From a virus (taxonomy: Duplodnaviria > Caudoviricetes), in the IMG/VR virus record IMGVR_UViG_3300016665_000666, positions 6,175 to 70,174 of that record: 64,000 nt of DNA; one strand, written 5' to 3'. This document shows, piece by piece, positions 31,242 through 40,986 of this stretch. Made by a program: the position numbers and the translations under genes. The first letter of the stretch is position 1; every line of letters starts with the position of its first letter. The notes under the pieces were generated by a model that had not been told where the DNA came from, made no database searches, and was given only the letters and a program-made list of their open reading frames with translations.

Positions 31242-31584
31242 GTTGTGAGTTTCTGATGGAGTTTTCAATGTCTTCAACAAGTTCTTCAACAGTTATTGGA
31301 GACTCACCTTGTTTCAACAAAAGACGGTTTTCTGCTTTTACTACCTGTTCCTCTGTCACTCTCTTGCCTTTGTAACTCAAACTCAACACTTCAACTTCTG
31401 AATCCGTTGGAGGTTCAAAACGACTCCCAGGTGTAGAGTTGATAAACCTAAACTTAACTTCCAGAGGCCCAACATTCAAATGAGTATAGTTGAACGTTTG
31501 ATCATCCGATCCCATTTGGGATAATTGATTGATCACAGCTTCTCGGATCATAGAAACAAGTTGTCTTTTTGTTATTACGCTCAT
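31231..31584 (-). CDS. Hypothetical protein with I-x-E leader
   Basis: MSVITKRQLVSMIREAV; TAATTA 6 nt upstream of the ATG. Confidence 0.65.
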   Translation of the reverse strand: MSVITKRQLVSMIREAVINQLSQMGSDDQTFNYTHLNVGPLEVKFRFINSTPGSRFEPPTDSEVEVLSLSYKGKRVTEEQVVKAENRLLLKQGESPITVEELVEDIENSIRNSQPTV

Positions 31585-31768
31585 AACTCTTAATTATCCC
31601 TTTCAATCACTAACCATTACTTTCCAAACCTATTTATGTTCCGATAGTTCTTAAACGGCATGGCGTTTAAACGCCGTTCTAGGCTGGTTGAAGACAGCAC
31701 CAAGGGCTTTATGGCTTGTTGCCGGAACAGCGGTTAAAACGAACGCTGGGTGGCTTGGAGGGGGTTCA

Positions 31769-32482
31769 GTGAACAATAGCAAGACAGACGCAACACTTCA
31801 TGAATTCATCAATGAGATTGTGGAAGAGATCGTTAACGAAAAAGCATTTCTTCCTTCAGAGGCAAGCTCTCAAGGACTTGCACTAGCCAAGTTTTCTTTG
31901 AATGAATCTGTATATTTTGTGCTTTATCGCCCAGGTGAGTTGTTGGAGTTTGCACAAAACCTGGAGCGATTCAATCCTGGGTTTTTAAATCCCAATCAGT
32001 TAGAAAAAGCAATCCAGCAACTAGTCAACGAAACAACAAATCCGGTTATTGGCCTTATCAGGATTTACAAAGATTCTTGTGCTTGGATTGTTCAGAACAG
32101 CGCAGCAGAGAAGGGTTATGGTCCAATGTTGTATGACATTGCACTTTCTTTTGCAGGTCCACATGGCTTGACATCTGATAGAGCGGAAGGCGTTTCTCCA
32201 TCTGCTAGAAACATATGGAAACACTACGCAACCCAAAGAAAAGCAGAAATGCGAATCTATCCTTTCATGGAAGACGACGAATGCTCGTCGTTTTCTAACG
32301 ATCAAGACAGTTGGTTTTTGGATGCAAAATACACGCTTAAAAACCCAAGAGCTGTTAACTGGGGAAGTTTGTTAAACACTTCCAACGATACGCTATCTCA
32401 ACTTCAAAGTCCAGTTCCAGGCGATGTTCTGTTGCGAAGGCTTGGAAGTATTTACTTTAGCAAAAAATACACAAAAGGATAG
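31769..32482 (+). CDS. GNAT-like protein, paralog of 30039..31241
   Basis: GTG start with GGAGG 7 nt upstream; SAAEKGYGPMLYDIAL..GLTSDR..VSPSARNIW. Confidence 0.55.
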   Translation: MNNSKTDATLHEFINEIVEEIVNEKAFLPSEASSQGLALAKFSLNESVYFVLYRPGELLEFAQNLERFNPGFLNPNQLEKAIQQLVNETTNPVIGLIRIYKDSCAWIVQNSAAEKGYGPMLYDIALSFAGPHGLTSDRAEGVSPSARNIWKHYATQRKAEMRIYPFMEDDECSSFSNDQDSWFLDAKYTLKNPRAVNWGSLLNTSNDTLSQLQSPVPGDVLLRRLGSIYFSKKYTKG

Positions 32483-32485
32483 CAA

Positions 32486-33214
32486 ATGGAGATTGAAAGG
32501 TTCATTAAAGAAGTTTTGCTGAAAGAGCAAAAAAGACTCAAAGAAGTGGCTGTTAGCGCAAAACAAGCTTCGCATCTCGCACTTTATGTTCAAAGAGACT
32601 CCAGAGATATGCGCTGTATTCTTTATGATACAGAAATTCTAATCGCACTCTACAAAGCTTACACGAAGCATTATTCCATGAATGACATGAGAAATATTCA
32701 AAGCACTCAACAACATGATTCAATACCTAATCCTGTTTTCGGAATGATTAGGATTGCGATAAACGCCGAATACAACGCTTGGGTTGTTCAGAACAGTGCG
32801 GCAGAAAAAGGCTATGGTCCATTGATGTATGACATTGCTTTTAGCTTTGCTGGCGAAAAAGGCATGACACCAGACAGAGATTCTGTAAGGCCAGCCGCTA
32901 AGAATGTTTGGAAACACATTCTTCTAAAAAGGCCAAACGAGTTTGAAATAACGCCGTTAAAAAATACTTGGAATGATCAAGGTGTTGAACATCATTCTTA
33001 CAATGATGAAAATCAAAAATACCTTGATAGCAAATATGTCTGGAAACAATCCAACCGAAAAGATTTTGGTCCTATGTTCCAAAAAAACAGACAAACGTTA
33101 AGTTATCTCAAAACGCTCGATGTAAAACACAAGATAGACCCTGAAGAATTTCTTAAAATTCTCTCCCGCATTTTCTTTAGAGAGAAATACTCCCCCTCCT
33201 CCTTCTACTGGTAG
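32486..33214 (+). CDS. GNAT-like protein, paralog of 30039..31241
   Basis: SAAEKGYGPLMYDIAF..GMTPDRDSVRPAAKNVW; leader MEIERFIKEVLLKEQKRLKE. Confidence 0.55.
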   Translation: MEIERFIKEVLLKEQKRLKEVAVSAKQASHLALYVQRDSRDMRCILYDTEILIALYKAYTKHYSMNDMRNIQSTQQHDSIPNPVFGMIRIAINAEYNAWVVQNSAAEKGYGPLMYDIAFSFAGEKGMTPDRDSVRPAAKNVWKHILLKRPNEFEITPLKNTWNDQGVEHHSYNDENQKYLDSKYVWKQSNRKDFGPMFQKNRQTLSYLKTLDVKHKIDPEEFLKILSRIFFREKYSPSSFYW

Positions 33215-33258
33215 TGTTCCACTTATCTTTTAATGACTGTTAAAGCCATATTAGCTGT

Positions 33259-33732
33259 ATGGCGATAAAGAGACGAAGAAGAAAAAGAAAACACTACAAA
33301 ACCGGAACGCATAAAAGTCCAAAGTGTAAAACACCAATCAAGTATCGTTCTGGTTGGGAATTGGTTGTTGCCAAATATCTTGATTCTGATCCGTTGGTGG
33401 AAGAATATGGCTATGAGTGCGTGGCAATAAATTATCTTTCAAATGTCAAAACCGGCAAGTACAGAACATACTACCCAGACTTCTTAATAACCTACAAAGA
33501 CGGAACCAGGAAGCTTGCTGAGGTAAAGCGTGTTGATAAGTTGAATGATCCAATGGTTATGAAGAAAGCGAAAGCAGCAGAAGAATGGTGCAAAAGTCAA
33601 AAGCAAAAAACGGTGTACGAGTTTTGGACAAACGTGATGATCGAAGCCTATCGGAAGATAAACGAAACCAGAACTCAACCAATGAAACCGTTGAAAAAAA
33701 CACGAAGCCGAGTCAAGCAGTCTGGACAATAG
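33259..33732 (+). CDS. T4 gp4-like head completion nuclease (TnsA N-terminal/PD-(D/E)xK fold)
   Basis: YRSGWE....YLD.DP.V..Y.YE...I.Y...YYPDF......AEVK. Confidence 0.8.
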   Translation: MAIKRRRRKRKHYKTGTHKSPKCKTPIKYRSGWELVVAKYLDSDPLVEEYGYECVAINYLSNVKTGKYRTYYPDFLITYKDGTRKLAEVKRVDKLNDPMVMKKAKAAEEWCKSQKQKTVYEFWTNVMIEAYRKINETRTQPMKPLKKTRSRVKQSGQ

Positions 33733-33752
33733 ATTTTGGTCATAAACACCCA

Positions 33753-34376
33753 ATGTTCTTTGGTCATCACCAACCAAGAGAACATTGGAAGGTTGATGTT
33801 GGTTTAGACATTTCTACATCTGTGATTGGAGTTTGCTTTCTTAATCGTGAATCATCGGAACTAATCTGCAAGTTTCACATTGATATCTCTTCAGAGAAGT
33901 TTGAAACCATGTGGCAAAAGGTTGATTATGCCATGGAGAAACTTGCTGGAAAGATTCGATGGTATCAATCTCATTCTAATGCTGGCCCGCCTCCTTGTGT
34001 TTTTCAACGATTTTTTGTTGAAGCAAACGCAAAAGCATATAAGTCTGGTTTTACGTCTGCTGATACTCTGATGACTCTTGCTAAGATGAATGGGATCATT
34101 TCCTATGAGTGTTACCGAATGTTTCAGTTGCCAATTATTGACATCAACGTCACATCTGCACGCAAGATGATTGGCTATAAAGACAAAAAAGCAGTTAAAA
34201 AACCAGTAAAAGAAAAGGTCAGAGAGTTTGTTTTGCAAACGTATCCAGAACTTAAAGTGGAAACAAGAGAAGTAACCAAAGGAAAAGACAAAGGAAAGAG
34301 AGTTCCTGTTTCTGGTGCTGCTGATGAGATAGATGCTTTTGTTATTTGTCGGGGCGGTCAGTTGTTAAATCCATGA
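33753..34376 (+). CDS. RuvC-like Holliday junction resolvase
   Basis: VGLDISTSVIG (D1), FFVEAN (E2), DEIDAFVI (D3/D4); start uncertain. Confidence 0.75.
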   Translation: MFFGHHQPREHWKVDVGLDISTSVIGVCFLNRESSELICKFHIDISSEKFETMWQKVDYAMEKLAGKIRWYQSHSNAGPPPCVFQRFFVEANAKAYKSGFTSADTLMTLAKMNGIISYECYRMFQLPIIDINVTSARKMIGYKDKKAVKKPVKEKVREFVLQTYPELKVETREVTKGKDKGKRVPVSGAADEIDAFVICRGGQLLNP

Positions 34377-34397
34377 CGGTTTAGTTTTAACTCAAGC

Positions 34398-35438
34398 ATG
34401 ATAGGTTTATCGGACAGAATCATGCACACAAAGGGTCAAGCAATAGACTTTATTGAAAAGTGTTTTGGGTCATCAACGCCTTCGAATGGCGGTTTGAACG
34501 TTTCAGTTGTTTGCCCTAAATGCGCTGAGAAAACAGATAATCTTCAAAAGAGAAAACTTGTTATTAGAACAACCGACTTCTTGACTCATTGTTGGGTGTG
34601 TGGATACCGGGCACCTAACCTCAATAACCTTCTTTCCGAATACCATCCTTTTTTCACAAAAGAATATCGTGAAAACTTTACGTTCAAACAGGAGTTTGAA
34701 CGTTGTGAGTTGAACGATGTTCTTAATCTTTTTGGACACAGCCAATCAAAGTCACCAACAAAACAAGTTCAACTACCAACTGGTTTTTACTTGCTAGCCA
34801 ACAACATTGGAAAAGGTATTAGAAGTGCTGATCTTGCTTGGGATTATTTAAGAAAGAAGCGCGGCCTCACAACATCTGATCTTTGGTATTGGAAGTTTGG
34901 GATAACAGAGTTTATGCCGCCAAAAGGCGAAACCAACTATAGGTTTCGAATCATAACACCATCATTTAATCAAGATGGGGAACTCAACTTTTTCTCTGCT
35001 CGTTCCTATTGGGATAAACTGCCAGGTCCAAAATACAGAAACCCTGATGCTCCAAGAGAAAGCATTGTTTTCAATGAACTAAACATTGATTGGACTCAAG
35101 AGTTGACGATCACAGAAGGAGTGTTTGATCTAGTCAAGTGTAATACCAATGCAACTTGTCTTTTGGGATCAACCCTTGATTCATCTTATCTACTTTTCCA
35201 AAAAATAGTAGAGAACAACACACCTGTTCTTCTTGCTCTTGACAATGACGCCAAGAGTAAAACGTATGAACTGGCAAAACTATTTTTGGAATATGGAATT
35301 TCAGTTAGACTTTTTGAAGTTCCAAAGCAATTCAATGACGTTGGAGAGATGACCAAGGTTTCTTTCCAAGAAGAAGCAAAACGTTCCAGGCTTTTTACCA
35401 ACGCTGATTATTTTCGTTGGAAGATTAACAAAACTTAA
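34398..35438 (+). CDS. DnaG-type DNA primase
   Basis: Zn-binding CPKC...HCWVC; TOPRIM ITEGVFD and LALDNDA; FNDVGEM. Confidence 0.9.
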   Translation: MIGLSDRIMHTKGQAIDFIEKCFGSSTPSNGGLNVSVVCPKCAEKTDNLQKRKLVIRTTDFLTHCWVCGYRAPNLNNLLSEYHPFFTKEYRENFTFKQEFERCELNDVLNLFGHSQSKSPTKQVQLPTGFYLLANNIGKGIRSADLAWDYLRKKRGLTTSDLWYWKFGITEFMPPKGETNYRFRIITPSFNQDGELNFFSARSYWDKLPGPKYRNPDAPRESIVFNELNIDWTQELTITEGVFDLVKCNTNATCLLGSTLDSSYLLFQKIVENNTPVLLALDNDAKSKTYELAKLFLEYGISVRLFEVPKQFNDVGEMTKVSFQEEAKRSRLFTNADYFRWKINKT

Positions 35439-35445
35439 GGAAAAC

Positions 35446-38400
35446 ATGAAAATAGCTCACATTTCAGATATTCATTGGCGCGGTCTTACTCGCCATGCTG
35501 AATACACAAAAGCATTCAACGATTTGTTTTCTGCGTTGCGCAAGATCAACCCAGACATGATTTTTTTGGGTGGCGACTACTTTCACACCAAGACATCTGG
35601 AATCTCACCAGAAGTGATTGATCGTCTTGCCTGGATGTTTAAATCTTTTGCTGATATTGCACACACATTTGCCATTCTAGGAAATCACGATGGCAACTTG
35701 GCAAACGAAAGTCGTGAAGATTCTATTTCTCCCATCATCAATGCGATAAACAGCCCAAGGATACATCTTTACAAGAAAAGCGGTGTTTACAACATATCGC
35801 CATTCGTTTTCCCTACCAATTCAGAAGAGCTTGCTGCAAACCTTTGCGTCTTCTCTTGTTTTGACAAAGAAGGTTGGGAGCGTGTTGCTCCTACTCCTGG
35901 CGTTTTGAACATAGCAGCTTTTCATGGCTCTGTGGGCGGCACAAGGATGGATAATGGCTGGATCATGCCAGATTCAAAAGCAGAGGTCATGCTTTCCATG
36001 TTTGATGGATATGACTTTGTGTTTCTGGGTGACATCCACAAAAGACAGTTCCTTGCTCAAAGACCAGATAAAAGTGGAACACTTAAACCTTGGATCGGGT
36101 ATCCGGGCTCCACAATCCAGCAAAACTTTGGCGAAGAACAACTCAAAGGATTCTTGGTTTGGGACATTAAAAACAGAAAAGATTGGGATGTTGAGTTTGT
36201 TGAAGTAGAAAACTCACAACCCTTCATCACCTTTGCATGGAACAATGACCCAGAAACCTCTTTAAAGGCCCTAGAAGCCCGCGTAGCCCTTCGTGACGGG
36301 GCAAGGTACACAGTGACTTCTCCACGCCCTCTAACAGCCTTCCAGCAGCGCCAAATGGTGCATGAGCTAAAGGTTCTTCGAGGCGCCCAAGAAGTTTTGT
36401 TTTCACCTGACAAGAATTTGAAACACGACTTGATCAGCCATGAAGATGTGGTGGTTAAAAAAGCTAGTTTGCGTACAAACCCTGAGATCTTGCAGCGGTT
36501 TTATCGAACTTTTCTAGAGTTGAACACCAAGAAGTATCAACTCACAGAAGCGCAGATGGAAGATGGTTTCAAGATCATCGAAGGTCTTTTGGGGCACCTT
36601 GATGCCACAGAGTCAGAAACCACAAGAGATGTTTATTGGTCGATTAAAGAGTTTGAATTCGACAATCTTTTTCGATATGGAGAAAACAACAGATTGAACT
36701 TTGACACTCTTGAAGGAGTTGTTGGAGTTTTTGGTAAGAACAAGATTGGTAAAAGTTCCTTGGTTGGCGCTTTGATGTACGTTCTGTTTAACAGCTCTGA
36801 TCGTGACGGGATCTCAAAGAACGGTCAGATTATGAACCAGAACAAGAAATCTTGTCGTGCCAAAATTGTAATAACAGTTGATGACATTGATTACAGAATC
36901 GAACGTTCTTCACAAAGAGTTCTTGCTGGCAAAAAAAGCAAAAAATCTTCCGAAGAAGAATATGACGGAGATAAGACAGAAACCAAACTTACTTTCACCA
37001 GATTGAACAAAGATGGCACAGAAACAAGTTTGAATGGAACAACAAGAGAAGAAACTGATAAAGCAATCAGAAAGCTTCTGGGGAACTCACAAGACTTCTT
37101 GATGACCACAGTAGCCACGCAAAGAGGAATGGAAAGTTTTATTGATGAAGGCTCTTCATCGCGCAAAACAATTCTTAACCGCTTTCTAGATCTTGACGTT
37201 TTTGAGAAACTTCATGCTTTTACCAAAGAGCACATTCTCAAACTAAACAACAAACTCTCTTCTTATGCTGTGGGTTGGGAGAAAACAGTTTTGGAGTTGT
37301 CCAACTCCATCCCTTTAAAAGAGAAAGAAGCTGAGGAGCTACAGAGTCTTATCTCGTCTCAAAGAGACGAGATGGCAAACTTAAGATTTTGGTTTGCAAA
37401 GAATGACTCTTCCGATGCGATTGAAGCATCCAACAACCTCACGAGAATACAACAAAAACTTCAATCGCTTCAGCGACAGCTAACAACTTCTGAACAAGAA
37501 CAAGCAACTATGAACAAAAAAATAGATGCTGTTCATGCCAAACTCATTGAGGTTTCCAATGAGTACAACAAGATTGATTACGCCAAGCTGAAGCAAGACT
37601 TTCAGAGTATGAAAGAGATTGAAGAGCGACTTAATGCAATAAATGCAGATTTTCGTGAACAAGAGAAAAGCATTGCATTGCAAGAAAGAAATGTCAAGAA
37701 GTTAACTCTGGTTCCTTGTGGAGATCAGTTCCCAGAGTGCCTTTATATCAAAGATGCTCACCAGGATAGAAAAACCATTGATGTAAACAAAAAGAAGCTC
37801 TCTGAGCTAGCTGTTACTTTGGAAAAAGCAACTGCTGATCTGAGGCTCTACCAAGAAATGCAGTTATCTCAAAAGATGTCACTACGACATGGACTAGAAC
37901 AGCAACTTAAAGACTTGGTAAAAGAGAAAACAAGCTATGAAGCTCAGTTGTCTTTGATGAATAAATCACATGGTGATATCAACAAGTGGCTTTCTGGTGC
38001 TCGTCAAGAAGAGGCAAGACTGCTCCAGTTGGCTGGAGCGAAAGATGATATCAGAGTTTTTGAAGAGAAAAAGAAAGAGCAAACTGAATTGCAGAATCTC
38101 TTGTTTGCCAATGAAAGAAGAAGAAGTGACCTTCTTGTTGAAATAGGAAGAGACAAAGCTAAATTGGAACAGTTGACCGAAAACAGCTATGAAGTTGGGT
38201 TGATCTCAGCCAAGATTCAAGTGTTTGAAACGCTGTTGGCAGCGTTCCACAAAAATGGAATTCCCGCAATGATTCTAAAAACACAGCTTCCAATGATCAA
38301 TGCGGAACTTTCCAGGCTTCTTGCAGGTTTGGTGGACTTCAACATCACGTTTGAAACAGAACCGGGTTCAAATTCAATGGATGTTTACATTGAAGATGGA

Positions 38401-38697
38401 CACTCAAGAAGGATTCTTGAGTTGGGTTCTGGAATGGAAAAGATGCTTGCCTCTATTGCGATCCGAGTCGCACTTTGCAACCTTTCCAGTCTTCCAAAGT
38501 CAAACATCATCATTCTTGACGAAGGTTTTAATGCACTAGATGATGATCATGTTGGAAAGTGTCTGGAGTTGATTCAAGCACTCAAGAACCACTTCAAAAC
38601 AGTCATGGTCATCTCTCACATGCAACGTGTCAAAGAAGCCTCTGATGTCATCATTGAGATCACTTCAACAAACCATGAGTCAAGAGTGGAAGCATGA
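35446..38697 (+). CDS. Fused SbcD/Mre11 nuclease - SbcC/Rad50 ATPase (gp47-gp46-like)
   Basis: DIH, GGD, GNHD, FHG and GDIH phosphoesterase motifs, then Walker A GKNKIGKS, coiled coil, signature LGSGME, Walker B IIILDEGF and ISH, all in one ORF. Confidence 0.92.
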   Translation: MKIAHISDIHWRGLTRHAEYTKAFNDLFSALRKINPDMIFLGGDYFHTKTSGISPEVIDRLAWMFKSFADIAHTFAILGNHDGNLANESREDSISPIINAINSPRIHLYKKSGVYNISPFVFPTNSEELAANLCVFSCFDKEGWERVAPTPGVLNIAAFHGSVGGTRMDNGWIMPDSKAEVMLSMFDGYDFVFLGDIHKRQFLAQRPDKSGTLKPWIGYPGSTIQQNFGEEQLKGFLVWDIKNRKDWDVEFVEVENSQPFITFAWNNDPETSLKALEARVALRDGARYTVTSPRPLTAFQQRQMVHELKVLRGAQEVLFSPDKNLKHDLISHEDVVVKKASLRTNPEILQRFYRTFLELNTKKYQLTEAQMEDGFKIIEGLLGHLDATESETTRDVYWSIKEFEFDNLFRYGENNRLNFDTLEGVVGVFGKNKIGKSSLVGALMYVLFNSSDRDGISKNGQIMNQNKKSCRAKIVITVDDIDYRIERSSQRVLAGKKSKKSSEEEYDGDKTETKLTFTRLNKDGTETSLNGTTREETDKAIRKLLGNSQDFLMTTVATQRGMESFIDEGSSSRKTILNRFLDLDVFEKLHAFTKEHILKLNNKLSSYAVGWEKTVLELSNSIPLKEKEAEELQSLISSQRDEMANLRFWFAKNDSSDAIEASNNLTRIQQKLQSLQRQLTTSEQEQATMNKKIDAVHAKLIEVSNEYNKIDYAKLKQDFQSMKEIEERLNAINADFREQEKSIALQERNVKKLTLVPCGDQFPECLYIKDAHQDRKTIDVNKKKLSELAVTLEKATADLRLYQEMQLSQKMSLRHGLEQQLKDLVKEKTSYEAQLSLMNKSHGDINKWLSGARQEEARLLQLAGAKDDIRVFEEKKKEQTELQNLLFANERRRSDLLVEIGRDKAKLEQLTENSYEVGLISAKIQVFETLLAAFHKNGIPAMILKTQLPMINAELSRLLAGLVDFNITFETEPGSNSMDVYIEDGHSRRILELGSGMEKMLASIAIRVALCNLSSLPKSNIIILDEGFNALDDDHVGKCLELIQALKNHFKTVMVISHMQRVKEASDVIIEITSTNHESRVEA

Positions 38698-38756
38698 AAG
38701 TTCTTATTCTAGTCATCACAGATTAGCGCAAAGCCACATAAACCCTATTTACAGGA

Positions 38757-39623
38757 ATGCAAGACAAAGAAAAACTTCAAACCTGGATAAGTGAAGCAAT
38801 AAAAAAAGAGATGGCAATCGCCAACTATAAAACGGTTGGTGATTTCAGTCGCCGCTCCTCCATTTCTTCACAGGTTGATCGTGACTTGGTTACTCATCCA
38901 AAAGCTATTGAAAAGATCAAAAGGCAATGGCAGAAAACCCCTTGGGATTTTGACATTTACATCGTTAACGATCCCAGGGTTAACAAACGAGAGTTCCGAG
39001 AAGTGGGAGTTGTTAATCCAGATTTTGTCTATAAGCAGATGAAGTTAACCCCTGAAGAGATCCCACTTGACACCAACCACATCAGTATAATCTTTACAGG
39101 AAACGGCGCTGCTGAAAAAGTGCCGTTGACAGGTTGGACAATGGCTCATCGCCTTGGACATGCATTTTCTGCTAGCAGAACATCCAATGTAGGAAAAGTT
39201 TGGGATGACTTCACAAAAAGACTTCGAAATATTTTCGATGAAATCATGTATAGAGTGTACAATATAAACACTGACGACGTTGAGAGTTTTGAAGTTAGAC
39301 GCAATAAAGAGAAAATATTGAAATATGCCGCTCAAGAGTTGGGAACAATGAAAGCGGCACGAGACAGAAAGCTTCGCAGTTGGTTTGAGTTTGGATATGA
39401 GTTGCTTGCTCAGTACATGATAACTGGCAAGATAACCTTAAATCCGCTTCCACCAGCAATTGTTACTGGCATTGCTGGTTGGGGTCACAAAAAACACCAA
39501 AGAGGCGACAAAGAGTATGCTGAAACCTATAACACTGGATTGCTTGAGCAGTATGCAGAAGAGTTACAAGAGATGCTTGATGTCGTATTGTCAAATGCTG
39601 TTGGTGAGGTTTTGGTGATGTGA
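38757..39623 (+). CDS. Hypothetical protein with acidic leader and HRLGH (zincin-like) motif
   Basis: Leader ...WISEAIKKE-MAI; GWTMAHRLGHA. Confidence 0.7.
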   Translation: MQDKEKLQTWISEAIKKEMAIANYKTVGDFSRRSSISSQVDRDLVTHPKAIEKIKRQWQKTPWDFDIYIVNDPRVNKREFREVGVVNPDFVYKQMKLTPEEIPLDTNHISIIFTGNGAAEKVPLTGWTMAHRLGHAFSASRTSNVGKVWDDFTKRLRNIFDEIMYRVYNINTDDVESFEVRRNKEKILKYAAQELGTMKAARDRKLRSWFEFGYELLAQYMITGKITLNPLPPAIVTGIAGWGHKKHQRGDKEYAETYNTGLLEQYAEELQEMLDVVLSNAVGEVLVM

Positions 39624-39624
39624 T

Positions 39625-40218
39625 TCAATCACGACCCAACACCATTTGTACTGGTATTGTTTTGACCTTTAGTTTTACAACAGCCTCATACCGATGATGA
39701 CCATCAAGAATAGAACCACTTTGATCAACTACAATTGGGAGAAACCAAGCATTTGGTTCCAATAGTTTTTGGGCTATGTCTTTAACTTTTTTCTGACCTT
39801 CTTTTGTTTGAGAATGACTTTCGGTTGGAGTGACATCAGAGATCGGCATCAATCTAGGTGGGCTTAGGTGCTCACCATCAAATATATTAATCCAACCATC
39901 TGTTGCCAGTTCCTCAGCAGAGTTTGTTTTAATCCGAATGTTCTTCCAATCAAACTTCGAAGTTTTTGGTTTCATGCCAATTTTATAGTTTTTTCCTTGT
40001 TTGTAGGTTGGTATGTTGTTGGCAAACCATCTACTTTCTTGTTCTGTGCCACCCCACCCTTGTTGCCTTGCACGTTCTTTTTCTCGATAGACAAACTCTG
40101 AAGCTTCTTCAGGTGTTTTAAACTCTTTGTAGCTATAATTCTCAGACCACCACTTTACATCTTCCAAGCTTATAGCTTTTTCGAGCGTTTCTAGAATGAA
40201 TCGTTTGAGATTGTCCAT
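39625..40218 (-). CDS. ParB/Srx-like domain protein
   Basis: PIVVDQSGSILDGHHRYEA...IPV; leader MDNLKRFILETLE. Confidence 0.8.
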   Translation of the reverse strand: MDNLKRFILETLEKAISLEDVKWWSENYSYKEFKTPEEASEFVYREKERARQQGWGGTEQESRWFANNIPTYKQGKNYKIGMKPKTSKFDWKNIRIKTNSAEELATDGWINIFDGEHLSPPRLMPISDVTPTESHSQTKEGQKKVKDIAQKLLEPNAWFLPIVVDQSGSILDGHHRYEAVVKLKVKTIPVQMVLGRD

Positions 40219-40246
40219 TTTGTTTATAGTTTCTTTAACTACTGCC

Positions 40247-40546
40247 ATGAATGATTTTTCACCATGGTCTAAGTTTGATTCCTATAGGGAAATGAAAGTG
40301 GTTTCTGATGGCAAAGTTTTGGTTATCAGACCAAGTGACACAACAACAGTTGTGCCTTTGTTTTGCCCGCTTTGTGAGTTCTCTATGCGGAATTCAAATG
40401 ATTCAATTGCATATAGAAAGAAACAGTGCTGTGACAAATGCCTGCTTTTTTGTAGAGGCAACAAAGAAGACTTTACTCCTGAGCAATGGGAAGAGTATTT
40501 GCAAGAACGGCAATTAATGACAAGGCCACTAATTAACTTAAAGTAA
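40247..40546 (+). CDS. Small zinc-finger protein
   Basis: CPLC...CCDKC. Confidence 0.6.
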   Translation: MNDFSPWSKFDSYREMKVVSDGKVLVIRPSDTTTVVPLFCPLCEFSMRNSNDSIAYRKKQCCDKCLLFCRGNKEDFTPEQWEEYLQERQLMTRPLINLK

Positions 40547-40553
40547 AGGGTTT

Positions 40554-40961
40554 TTGATGCCAGTACAAGATTTTGACAAATACATGAATCTTTCCAAGGT
40601 TCTCAACAACAGTTGGGGTACTGGAACACAACTCAAGCAGGGTCTTTCTCAGTCTATCAAGTTTTCACTTCGAGATGATCACATGTTGAAAGGTTTGTTT
40701 ATGATGATTGTAAACATGCCCAACAATCCGCAACTTGTTCATGAGATGAAAGTTAGATACAAGAATCAAGCACTCCAAATGTTGAAAGGTGCTTTGGAGA
40801 AGTTGAAAGAAGAATACGAAGACCAGAATCCAGGTAAAACAATAAAACTAAGAATGCTGGATGAGTCTGTGACGGAGGGCGTGGAATATCTTACAAATGC
40901 TCAATACAGACCAAACCTTCAAGCTTATTATCGCATTCATTGCTTGATTGAAATTTCATGA
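40554..40961 (+). CDS. Hypothetical protein
   Basis: 135 aa ORF directly upstream of terL. Confidence 0.7.
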   Translation: MMPVQDFDKYMNLSKVLNNSWGTGTQLKQGLSQSIKFSLRDDHMLKGLFMMIVNMPNNPQLVHEMKVRYKNQALQMLKGALEKLKEEYEDQNPGKTIKLRMLDESVTEGVEYLTNAQYRPNLQAYYRIHCLIEIS

Positions 40962-40986
40962 TCCTATCTTTTGAAAGATAGAAAAA

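Noticed and set aside
33585-33752. N-terminal extension of the RuvC-like ORF
   Set aside because: It overlaps 33259..33732 by about 150 nt and is low-information; a later start is more plausible.
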